Source: an uncultured virus (IMG/VR IMGVR_UViG_3300034375_008561)
Lineage: Duplodnaviria; Heunggongvirae; Uroviricota; Caudoviricetes
IMG/VR virus record: IMGVR_UViG_3300034375_008561
DNA: 20,000 nucleotides
Strand: one strand, 5' to 3'
Of this stretch, positions 1-11,100 are shown piece by piece. The stretch's first letter is position 1; each line of letters opens with the position of its first letter. Below the pieces are notes generated by a model. It had not been told where the DNA came from, made no database searches, and was given only the letters and a program-made list of their open reading frames with translations. A program made the position numbers and the translations under genes.

Positions 1-1
1 T

Positions 2-214
2 CAACAAAAACTTAACAAAGCAAAAACTGAAGCAATTAATAATACAAGCACTGACTTTAGTTATGTTAATGGTAAAATTGTTGATAAGAATGGAAAAGTA
101 AAGATGAGCCCAGCAGAAATAGAAAAAGCAGCAAGAGTTGGAGGATTTTTAAACGCAGATGGAACTGTGAACACAGAAAAGTATTTAGCATCAATAGGTA
201 TAACAACAGAATAA
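2..214 (+). CDS. C-terminal end of an upstream gene (5'-truncated by the window), probable virion/cargo protein
   Basis: Open frame from the window edge: QQKLNKAKTEAINNTSTDFSYVNGKIVDKNGKVKMSPAEIEKAARVGGFLNADGTVNTEKYLASIGITTE, then TAA at 212-214, 3 nt before the next ATG. Codon style matches the downstream genes. Product inferred from context only. Confidence 0.75.
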   Translation, partial: QQKLNKAKTEAINNTSTDFSYVNGKIVDKNGKVKMSPAEIEKAARVGGFLNADGTVNTEKYLASIGITTE

Positions 215-217
215 ATT

Positions 218-2164
218 ATGGGAAGATTTTATAAAACAGCAAAGCCAACTTTTGTAGATGATATTATCTACCAGGCACCACATGAACTGATGTTAAATGC
301 CTTAACCTCTCATCAAGAGAAGTTTGACCAACAGAAAGAAGTCATTGATAGCTTTTCTGCAGCAGGAGAAAATCTTGACTATGTAGATAAAGATTCAGAA
401 GCAAGACAGGCAGCTATTGACAAACACAGAAATAAATCTAATGAGCTAGCAGATAAGATTGCTAAGAATCCAGCATTATATCAACATTATATGGGTGAAA
501 TCAATAAAGCCAAGAGAGACTATGAATATGATATGACTCAAGGTGATTTATTCCAAATGGACAGAACAGCAAAGAGACGAGAAAAAGTTAGAGCTGCTGA
601 GAAAGTCAGATTAGATAAAGGTGAGATTAGTGCAGACCAATATCAAGCAGCAATAGACACATTAGATAGACAATATGAAGGTGTTGGTAAAGGTAACTAT
701 GATGAAAGTATCCATATCTATAATAAAGTAGATGAAAATGCACTTGTCAAAAACCTTAAAGACAATATAAATGTCTCTACCACTGGAGTATCAACTACGC
801 AGCCTGATAAGCCTGGGTATATGATTAAAGAAGGGTCAACAACAGCTTACTTAACAAAAGAAAGGCTAGAACAAATTATAGAAGCAGACCCACAAATGCA
901 GGATTGGAGAAATGCTGAACTGCAAACTATGGAAAGACAACTAGCTAATGGTGCTCTTACAGATAAAAATGGCAGACCTATCACAGATGAGGATGGTATG
1001 AGAGCTGAGTATCTTAAAAGGTCAGAGGATTTCAAAAAATCAACTATTGACAAATTAGCTTACCAAAAAACTGATGTCGAAACTGCCTATTCTAATGATG
1101 CTTCATACTGGGCAGGGAAGAGTAATGAAAGAGCGTGGTATCAGATAAGAAAGAAAGAAGAAAAAGAAGGTGGTGATGTATATGAACTTAATGTAACTGG
1201 ACAATATAAAGAATTAGATGCAGGCAGTGTTGAAAACATATTTAGTATTGGAGGTTTGGATAAAACCTATGGTAACCAAATACCTAATGCTCCAGTTAAT
1301 GCAGATGGTTCAATTCCTAAAACTCCTTATACAAAAGCACAGATGGTTGCATATCTTAATAATGAAAAAGCTAATCTTGCTACAAAATTAAAGGCTATTG
1401 ATATGCCTCAGGAAACCTTTAAAGAAAAAATGAAAGACTATAATGAGAGAACTAAACTAGCTAAACAATTGGGAGTTACAGTAGAGCTACTTGCGAGACA
1501 AGCTAATTATGATACGAGTTATGAGTATAGGGCTGTTAGGTCTCCAGATAGAAATGGAGAAGATTATAATCTTAATCAGCAATATGAAGCAACTATTGTT
1601 AAGGGAGTAAATAATATGGGGGCTGAGACTATTGTTAAAGCTAAAATTATTCGCCCAGATGGTACAGTTGTATCAGATGAGGATATTACATTGGGTAATG
1701 CTAATAAACAAGGCTATATAACTCCACAACAGGTAGCAACAGTTGAAGAGGATTTAGTTCCACTTTCAAAGGATGGAAATGTTGGTTACAAAGGGCATAC
1801 TGGAGAAGTTGTAATGATGCCTTCTGGAGAAACAGAGGAAGTAAATGGCAAGATAAGAGACAAGGAAATTCCTGCAACTAAAGAGTATGTCGTGAATAAT
1901 GGATTAGGCGTAACTAAAAAAGTGCAGGGGGTAAAGAGTGATGACACAAAACCTTTAGTGAATATAGATAAAGATAGAATTACAACGTCTGAGATAACAG
2001 ATTATGGTAATGGAAGGTCAGCTCCTAAAACTACAAAATACTATAATGTCCACACATATAAAAATGTTATGAACCCTAGCACGGGTAAGATGGAACAACA
2101 CACAGTCATACTACAAATACCTGAAAAGGACTTCGACATTAAGATGTTGAGAACACAAAACTAA
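218..2164 (+). CDS. Hypothetical 648-aa phage protein, probable virion cargo (ejection) protein
   Basis: Long ORF immediately upstream of the vRNAP gene. The N-terminal half looks helical/coiled-coil and no Cys was seen. The N-terminus (MGRFYKTAKPTFVDDIIYQAPHELMLNALTSHQEKFDQ) resembles, from memory, crAss-like internal virion proteins at this position. The ORF is clear; the function is inferred. Confidence 0.7.
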   Translation: MGRFYKTAKPTFVDDIIYQAPHELMLNALTSHQEKFDQQKEVIDSFSAAGENLDYVDKDSEARQAAIDKHRNKSNELADKIAKNPALYQHYMGEINKAKRDYEYDMTQGDLFQMDRTAKRREKVRAAEKVRLDKGEISADQYQAAIDTLDRQYEGVGKGNYDESIHIYNKVDENALVKNLKDNINVSTTGVSTTQPDKPGYMIKEGSTTAYLTKERLEQIIEADPQMQDWRNAELQTMERQLANGALTDKNGRPITDEDGMRAEYLKRSEDFKKSTIDKLAYQKTDVETAYSNDASYWAGKSNERAWYQIRKKEEKEGGDVYELNVTGQYKELDAGSVENIFSIGGLDKTYGNQIPNAPVNADGSIPKTPYTKAQMVAYLNNEKANLATKLKAIDMPQETFKEKMKDYNERTKLAKQLGVTVELLARQANYDTSYEYRAVRSPDRNGEDYNLNQQYEATIVKGVNNMGAETIVKAKIIRPDGTVVSDEDITLGNANKQGYITPQQVATVEEDLVPLSKDGNVGYKGHTGEVVMMPSGETEEVNGKIRDKEIPATKEYVVNNGLGVTKKVQGVKSDDTKPLVNIDKDRITTSEITDYGNGRSAPKTTKYYNVHTYKNVMNPSTGKMEQHTVILQIPEKDFDIKMLRTQN

Positions 2165-2174
2165 ACTATAAAAT

Positions 2175-5100
2175 ATGGATGAATTTGCAATTGAAGTACT
2201 AAAAGCTAATGGGTATGATTATGACAGTGGTGGAATAATTGATGCAGAAGGTAATTTTCTATCTTCAGTAGAATTAAATGGTAAAACATACACTTCTGAG
2301 GCAGACCCAGTTCTCTGGGAAGAAGCACAACAACCTCAGTATCGTGAAACTGGAGCACCTGACCCTGTACAAGACTTTAGAGGTTTTGAAGCTGACCCAT
2401 TAGGGACTGCACTTACCCCAGCTCAAAAGGAAAATTATCCTATGTATGCTCAAATACAGGAAGAGCAAGGGCTCCCAACTTATGATGATGCAAACATCTA
2501 TGAAAAAGAGATGGAAAGGCAAGCTGAAGAAGAAATGGAAGACCCTTATTATGGTACATTGAGAGAGTTACAGGAAGAAGGACATGAGGGAATTAACGAT
2601 GAGTTAATCAATAAGATAAAAGAAAATGAAAAGTTCATCGCTGAAGTTGAAGCAAAAGACCCAAGTTGGAATGTTAATATAAGAGAGAAGGATGATACTG
2701 ATGAACAAATAGAAGATGCAGCTATGTATAATGTACCAGGTATAGCAGCTGGTTACATAGAAAAAGGAGTAATGGGTCTAGTTAAATGGGCAAACTCAAC
2801 CTTCTATGGTGAGAGTGCTGGTATGAATGGGACTAAAGAAGAAAAATTAGCTTATGAAAAAGCTTTGCAGGATAGAAAAGAAATGAAAAAACCTGCAGCT
2901 AGAATAATGAAAGCTAAGATAGATGAAAAATTAGCTGAGCTTAATCCTGTATGGGAGGAGATGAGTATGTTAGAAACAATTCACCCAGACAATGATATTG
3001 TAAGATATGCAATTAATGAATTAGAGCAAGAGAAAGCTTTAATTGATAACTCAATAGATGAGCAATGGATATTCAATCCTCTTAGTGATAAATATACAAT
3101 TAACACATTAACTGCAGGTTTTCAAGGTGTGATTGATAAATATATGCACTTTCAACCATTAGCTAATAAAGTTACAAAAGGTGAAGAACTTACTGAAAAT
3201 GAACAACTTGCAGCAGAAGCCTTAGGTTTACAAACAAAAACACAAGGTATGCAACTTGAACAACACTGGATGCATGGTTTAACAAAAGGTACTTTTGATA
3301 GTGCAGCATTCTTATATGGTGGTGCAGTAGGTAGGGTTGCAATGAAAGGTGTAACAAAAGCAGTAACCACAGCTGCATCTAAGCAAGTGGGTAATCTATT
3401 TGGTAATATTATAGGAGGAAGTGTAAACATGACTGGACAAGCTATCCTACACCCTGAGTCTCATATTAGAGCAATAGATAAATATTATGGTTCAATTGCT
3501 ATGGATGTTGATGCAGAGGGTAAGCCTGTTTTGACAACAGACAGAAGAACTTATGCTACTCTTATGGAAGAGATGACCCAAAAAGAGGATGAGCTTGAAG
3601 AAATGTTGCTTACTGCAAAAGACCCTGACATGAGAAGAAACCTTCAGGCTGTCTTAAAGAGTACACAAGATATTAAGAATGGATTAGTTGAGCCAGAAAC
3701 CTTGGCTAACTCTATTGGTTATGGATTTACATCAGTTCTTACAGAGAATACTATTGAGAACTACGGTTTAAAGATAGGAAAAGGGTTGATTAAAAACCCA
3801 GTAACAAAAAAATTAGCGTCTAAAAACTGGGTTAAATCAGTAGCTGCAAGTAGAGCTGCTAAAGGAACTGGAGCTGCACTTAATAAAGTGGATAATCTCT
3901 TTATGGGTGTCAAAAGAAAATTCAATGCTATCACAGGAGATGGAGGGTCTAAACTAGTTGGTGGTAACTTTGAAGAAATGGGTGAAGAAGTCGCAACACA
4001 ATTGGTACCTGTTTGGGGAGAAACTGATGAAGAAGCTATTGCAAGAAAAGGTGAACTGCTTGAATTGTCTTTTTATGGGCAAGTAGCAGGGCAAACTCTA
4101 TTGATGGGTGGACTGATGAAAGGTGTTCATGCACCAGCTGCAGGATTATCTGCTCTTCAAAATAGTAGAAATAAAGATGTAAAAAAGGCTAGACAAGCCT
4201 ACAAAGACCTCGTAAAAGAATTTGGAAAAGGAAATATCACAGAGGCTGAGACCCATGAGTTACTAATGAAAGCTGGTGGTGGTAAGTTCACAGTTCAAGA
4301 GTACAACAATAAAATAAACCAGCTAAAAGCCCAAGGTGATTTTGCTGGAGCAGCTGATGTTGAAAGAAATAAGACTTTCAATATTGGTAAGGAAATGATA
4401 AAAAATGGTAAAGGGAAGCAATTTGTTAGAGATATGAATCGCCTTATAGCCAATGGTACTATACCTGCAGAATCTACCCCAGCTGTAATGGAAGCTGTAA
4501 ATGAAATAAAGAAAATGAATGGTGATATGTCTAAGCACGGTGACCTTAGAAATAAGGACTTTGTCTTAGAATTGAAATCCAAGCAACGTTATACTGCAAA
4601 TCAAAAAAAGAAGATAAAAGAAGAAATGACAAGATTGCAGGGTGAAGAAGTTTCTCCACAAAGAGATGGGTCCATTAAAGGGCTAGAGACTGCATTGGCT
4701 AATATAGAAACCTTTGAAGGTCGTCTCAATAAGCAACTAAGACTGGAAACTTCAGAAGCAATGAGAGATAAACTGCAAAAAGAAGCTGAGATTACCCAGG
4801 AACTTGTTAAAAACTACAAAAAACATGAAGGTGACAAGGGTACAGGCTATGTAAAGATTACAAGAAAAGAGGCTATTGATAAGATGGAGAAGAAATATGG
4901 TAATACTATTCAGAGTTCTGTCAAACAAATGGCTAAGAAAAATCTTGATAGATACATTCTTAATGAGACCATTGATGAGCACATGAAGAAGTTTGAGGCT
5001 ATGCCTGCAAACAAACCAAATGAAACCGAAACAAAAGTTGATAATCAAAATCCTCCTGAGGATGGTGCAACACCACCACCAACATCAACTCCACCTGCAG

Positions 5101-8100
5101 AAACACAAGAGGTAACAGCAAAGCAAACAAAGGTTAAAGACCATGTTGATAAACTAAGTAAAAGTATCGATGATGTTACTGCACAATTAGAACAACAGCA
5201 GACATTATTTGATGATGAGGGTAGTCTAAATTTAGCATCCCCTGATACTAATGTACCTCCAACTAAAGAACCAGACACTGACCCTGCAAAGGATGCAACT
5301 CTAGAACAAGCAGAGCTTATGGATACTGCATTCTTTGATGATATGCCAAAAGCATCAGATGGTAAATTTGAAAATGAACCATTCCAAGCTATGGTAGATG
5401 CTGTGAAGACAAGAGTTAAAGAAATGGAAGAAGAAAATGGTGAAGCTCCTACATTTGATGACTATGTTGATGAGATGTTAGAGAATGGTGATGTTGAGGC
5501 AGATGTTATGAAAGGTCACATGAGAGCCCTAGGTTTAGCCTGGGATGGAGCTCAACTAGGAAAATCAAATTGGAAAAAATCTTACAATGAGAGATATGCT
5601 AGTATGGAAGCAATGTTAGCTTTGGATGCAGCAAAAAGAAGTAATGTACCTCCAAAGGTTAAAACTGATGAGGAAATTGTAGAAGAGGAGAAAGAACAAG
5701 AACAAGTGGCAGGTAAGAAGACTAATTCTGAACCTATCACATATAATCCAGACACTGGAGAAGGTTCACATGTTACACCTAATAAGCAAAAACATTACGG
5801 TACAGAACACAAAGCAAACTTCTCTGCTATTCAATATGAAGAGGAGATTACCATAGATGAAAATGGTAAAGAAGTACGTAAAAAAGTCAATGCACCTGTG
5901 CCTCAAGCAAATATGGAGAGTTCTGTTAATTGGTGGGACTTAGTAAATCCTAATAAGAATAACATAGGTGACAAACTAATTCCAACTTTATTAGAGGGAG
6001 AAGAATTAGCAAACACTGATGTAGCTGTTAGAGATGAGAGAGGTATTCAAATACCTGGGAAGTCAGAAACCTTTGAAGCATGGACATTGAGAACCATGGA
6101 GGAAAAATACCCAAGCTTAACATTTGAACAATTTCAAGAAACTCAAGAATATAAGGACAAAGTACCTATGGTCTATAAAGACTCTAATGGAAGCAATGTG
6201 GCTTATGTACCTGAGGTTATGTGGTTTAATGCAAATTCTGTTGGAGACCCAACTGATGTTGAAGAAATCGATTTAAACAATCCAACTGCATATCATCAAA
6301 AACTCATAGACCAAAATAGAGAGCAAGCTCGTGCTTTGAGAAATGGAATTCTATCTGGTGATGTTGTAGGAATGGAGATAGCAGATAATTTGAGTATGCC
6401 TCCATTTATTAAGATGGAGAAGCAAGATGCAGATGGTATGCCCATCCCAACAGCTCCATTAAATCAAATGCATCCTGATACAAGACTTGTTCAAATGAAT
6501 CCAAATGGACAGTTCTATGGATTAGATGGTGTTAGTTTAAAAGATGAACACGCTGACATTATTAACTATGGAGATGATAAGTCAGGTTTAGGTAAAATGG
6601 AGATGAAGCAGCAAGGAAAAGCTAAATCCCAAGTAGCAACTAATAAAGGACACTACTATGCTCTTAGTTTTATAGGTATGAAAGATGGTAGAAAACAATA
6701 TATAGCTATTGAACTTAATAGAAAGAAAGAAGATGGGCTTACAGATGGAGCTCATAAAGACGATATAGAAACTGCAAGATGGATTGCAGCCACAAATAAA
6801 ATTACAAAATTCCCTAATTCTCCAGTTGGGGATAATGATACTCACCCTAATCACATGACTAAGACTGAGGCTGAGGCTTTGAGAAGACAAATCCTGGAGG
6901 TAACTGGTATTGATGTAAAAGATAAGTATGCTGATATGCTTGAAGCTAGAGTTGCACACCATTTAGGTGGGTTTTCCAAAAAGACAACCTTTGGTAAAGA
7001 CACCATAGGCATGCTATTAGGATTTAATGAAACTGCAGGGACATATACAAAACCTGACAGTGAGTGGGTAAGTAACATGAAGTTTAAGTTTAATGCTCCA
7101 ATGGTTACTATTAAAAGGAATCCTGACAGGTCATTTGAAGTTAAGCTAGTTGAGATAACACCTAAAACAGTAAATGGTGAAAAAGTTACTCAAGCTAAAA
7201 ACTATGAAGATTTCTTAAAAGAAAGACTATCAAGTAATGTAATGGGATTCAATGTAGGTACTGAGGCAAACCCAGTGTTTACAGCTGCACCTCAACAAAG
7301 ATATAAACTTACACCTATACTTAAAGACAAAACCCTTGAGGACCACAAAGAGACCTTTAAACAAGAGGTAGAGGATTTGAAACAAGATGAGAAGGTAGAG
7401 AAGAAAACAACTGAAGTTGAAACAAAAGATGCTCCAGTAGTAGCTGATACTAAGATTATTGATAAGGCTAAGCGAAAAGAAGCAATGACTCAAGCTGCAG
7501 CTCTTGCTAAAAGATTAAACCTCAACATTGAAGATATTTCAGAAATCGATAACTTAGTTGTTGCAGAAATGGCTACAACTGAGCAGGTTGAAAAGGGAAT
7601 ACTAAGTACTCCTGGCTTAACTATCAAGCAAGAAGAACAAGTTGTAGACTGGTTATTCAGTCAGTTATCATCAAAAGAAGGAACTTATGAGGATGCAAAG
7701 CACAGAATTAGTGGAATCTTAACTCTTAATGTTGAAGAACTAAACCAATCAATCTCTGACCTTCAAGCATTTAAAGATAACCCAGTTGTCCTTCAGATGA
7801 TTTTGAACATGGAACAAGCTGTAGAACAGCAAACTGAAGTACTTAATTCACTAGATGAATTGGTAGCTGAAGCTGGACTAAGAGCAGTGAACGTTGATTT
7901 TGTCTCAGAAGAGTTTGATGTAGAAGAATGGGAAGAGAATATTAAAGATTTCTCAAAAGGTGCAGGAGAAGTTAAATCTATTGATAAAGTAGGAACTGCA
8001 TTGAAAAGAATCTTTGCTCAAGTTTCTGATGGACAAACAGGATTTATGGGACTTGAAACATTCCCTGGATTCAAAAGGATGTATGACACAGTTACTTTAG

Positions 8101-11100
8101 CTTTGTCTGCTGATACAACCTTAGAGCCTAACTTTGAACAAATGATGGAGATTCTGAAGAAGAGAAAAGATTCCACACCTTGGATGACACCTCTTATTGA
8201 AGCTCTGGAAGCTTCTGATAAACAAACACAGAATCAGTTTGTCTACAATACATACCAGCAAAAAGTATATGCAAAGTTTGCAGCATTGTCTATGAAGAAC
8301 AAAGCTATTGATAGTAGAGTCCTGGATAGTAATGCAAATGAAGCAAAGAGACAAATTCAAGAAAAATGGAGAGAAAACTTCAAGAGGTCACCTATTAATA
8401 ATGAAGGTCTAATAGATAAAGGAGCACTTGGAGTAGTAATAGAAGAATGGAATAGATGGCAAGAAGAAGGTGTAGAAGCTCAATCAGATGAGGTACTACA
8501 AAACTTCTTATCTAAATTTGGTATTGAATTATCACAAGGAACATGGGATGCTCTTAGAGCAAATGAATTAAATGTATCTGAAGGTGGTGGAAAATTAAAA
8601 GTTGCTGAGTTCAAGGACCTATTTAGTGGATTAACTCCAGAAAGTAGCTCAAACAGAACTGGTTTCTTATTTACTAACCTAGTTAAGTATGCATTGCTGA
8701 ATGAAAGCAAGAAAGGTGATATTGAATTCTATGAAGCAACAGACAATCACCCTTTCAAACAAATGTCAACAATTCTTAATCAGCTCAGTGAACTAGAGGC
8801 TAAATACAATCCAACTTATGGTGGTACTTCTAGGTATGTTGCTGGTAAGTCTGTGACTGAAATGGAACAGTTTACATATTTCTATGAGCAATTCAAGAAA
8901 TTAAAGAACAGTGCTAAAGGAGACAAAGCAGAGATAGCAAAGCTTCAGAACTTAAGCTTCTCTCAAGACTCATTCCTTTTAGACTTACTTACAAATGACC
9001 CTGTTTTTGCTGAGCAATTCCAACATGGACTAATAGATTTGATGGCTCTTAAAGAGTTGTACAAACAAAGCCCATTACAAGCAGGTATCGATGAATTAAG
9101 TGGAGTAGATTATAGATTTACTCAACGAGCTTTATTCCAAGATAGAAAGCAAGGTTCAGAAAGAACAGTTGAAGGACAAGATTTTGATATAAGAATGGCA
9201 CACATGAATACCTTGACTAATTCAGACAAGGGAAGAATGATGTTATTGAAGACAGCAGTCTTTGATTTCTACAAGCAATCTGGTAAAGCATTTAAGATAG
9301 AAGATGGAGAAGTTACTTTTACAGAAGAGCTTAACAATCTCCTTTACAAGCAATTAGTGATGCCTGAATTGCGTAGAATAGTGAATTATATCAACAATGG
9401 TAATAAATCAACTATTGATAGTTATGATGCAGGAGCCACAAGATTTAACATCCTATCAGAATTAAACACTCTGACAGATGCAAATGGGTTAACTTTTGTT
9501 GAAGCAATAGTAGCTGAGCTTGATAAAAATGGAGGTAATGTAGAAACAACTTTAACAGAGATTGAGAAAGAATTCAAAGGCAAGTCTACCAAAGTTCTTG
9601 AACAGAATGTAGTTAGAGAGGCTAAAGATAATGTAAAAGACATTTCTGAGTTTGCTAAAAAGAAAGACCAGTTTAATAACGCTGACTATTTAGCTAAGAG
9701 AGAAGGAACTGTTCTAGAAAATATGTTAGTAGCAGAGTTAGACTTTACATTAAACTCTATGCTAACAAATATGAATTACATGCAAATGATGACAGGGGAC
9801 CCAGCTTTATACTATAAGAAACATCGTTCTGATGAGGTTGCTGAGTTGAATGATTCAGTAGCACAAGAGAAAATGTCTCAAAGATTAGCTATAAACTTAG
9901 GGAAAAGAATGGCAGCAATGATTGCTCCAGGTTCTGTCCTAGCAGATTCTCATGACAATAAATACATCCAAGTCTTTTTAGATGATATGAATGGTCCAAC
10001 AGAAAACTTGCTGGACATCATAGAGATGCATTATGGAGAGAAAGCAGGTGACATCCAGCTGAGTGATGGTGTGTCTGTTAGAGAAGCAGTAGAGCTAACA
10101 AAAAAGGGAACTAGAGATTATGTTAAACAGCTGGAAGCTGAATTCCCTAGAATAGCAGAATTTATAGACATAGAAAGTACAGATGCTCAAGAGTATACTA
10201 CCTTAGAAGAACACCTACATGTGATGGACAAACAAGGTCGTATATCTCAAAAGTTAATGACAGACATAAAAGACAAGATAAAAAAAGGGGAAGACTTAAC
10301 CAAAGAACAACTGGACATTGTCATGCAACCTATCAAACCAGTCTACACAGGAACACAATTCGATGCAGATAATGATGTTAATAGGATGATGTACATTAAG
10401 TCCAGTTCTTTTCCCTTAATTCCTCAGCTTACAAAAGGTAGAGAATTAGATAAATTAAGAGTGAATATGGAAGAGGTTGAAGCATCTACTGGTAAAACAG
10501 TAAGAGCTGCCTATCATTCTGCAGTAAAAGTAGGTGGTATGGTAAGTGAAAACAGAATTAAAAGTTTTGACCAACCAATCCTACCTCAAAATACTTTGAC
10601 ATTGAACAGAGAGCATTTCAAAATACAGCAGGATGTACCATTCAAATCAAAAGAAATTCAAGATGATAAAGTATCTATGGGTACTCAAATCTTTAAATTG
10701 CTTATGGGTGATGGTATAATGGAGATGGACGGTTTCATGTACCAAGGTAAGCCAGTGACAGGAAAACAACTTCAAGCTGAATTCCATTCTGTTTTTGCAG
10801 AAATGGTAGGTATGAAGAAGGATAAATTCCTTAGAAGTCTAGGCTATGATGAGAACATGGAGACTAAGGACCCAGTTAAGACTATGCAGAAGCTAGAGGC
10901 TCTTCTTAAGAAAGAGGCTAAAAGCAGAGGATTTTCTAAGCAGGATTTAAAAATCTTAGACTTAGTTGATGGAGCAAGTGGTAAGACTTTCAAGCTACCA
11001 TTATGGTTGACAGGGAATAGTAATAAGTATGAATCGATGCTTAATGCTATGATTAACAATAAAATCTTTAAGCAAAAAATACCAGGAAACAAGTTCGTTA

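Noticed and set aside
209..220. Read-through fusion of the upstream gene with the 648-aa ORF (same frame, TAA ATT ATG)
   Set aside because: In-frame adjacency arises by chance one time in three. TAA is a strong stop and the ATG has a normal start context.
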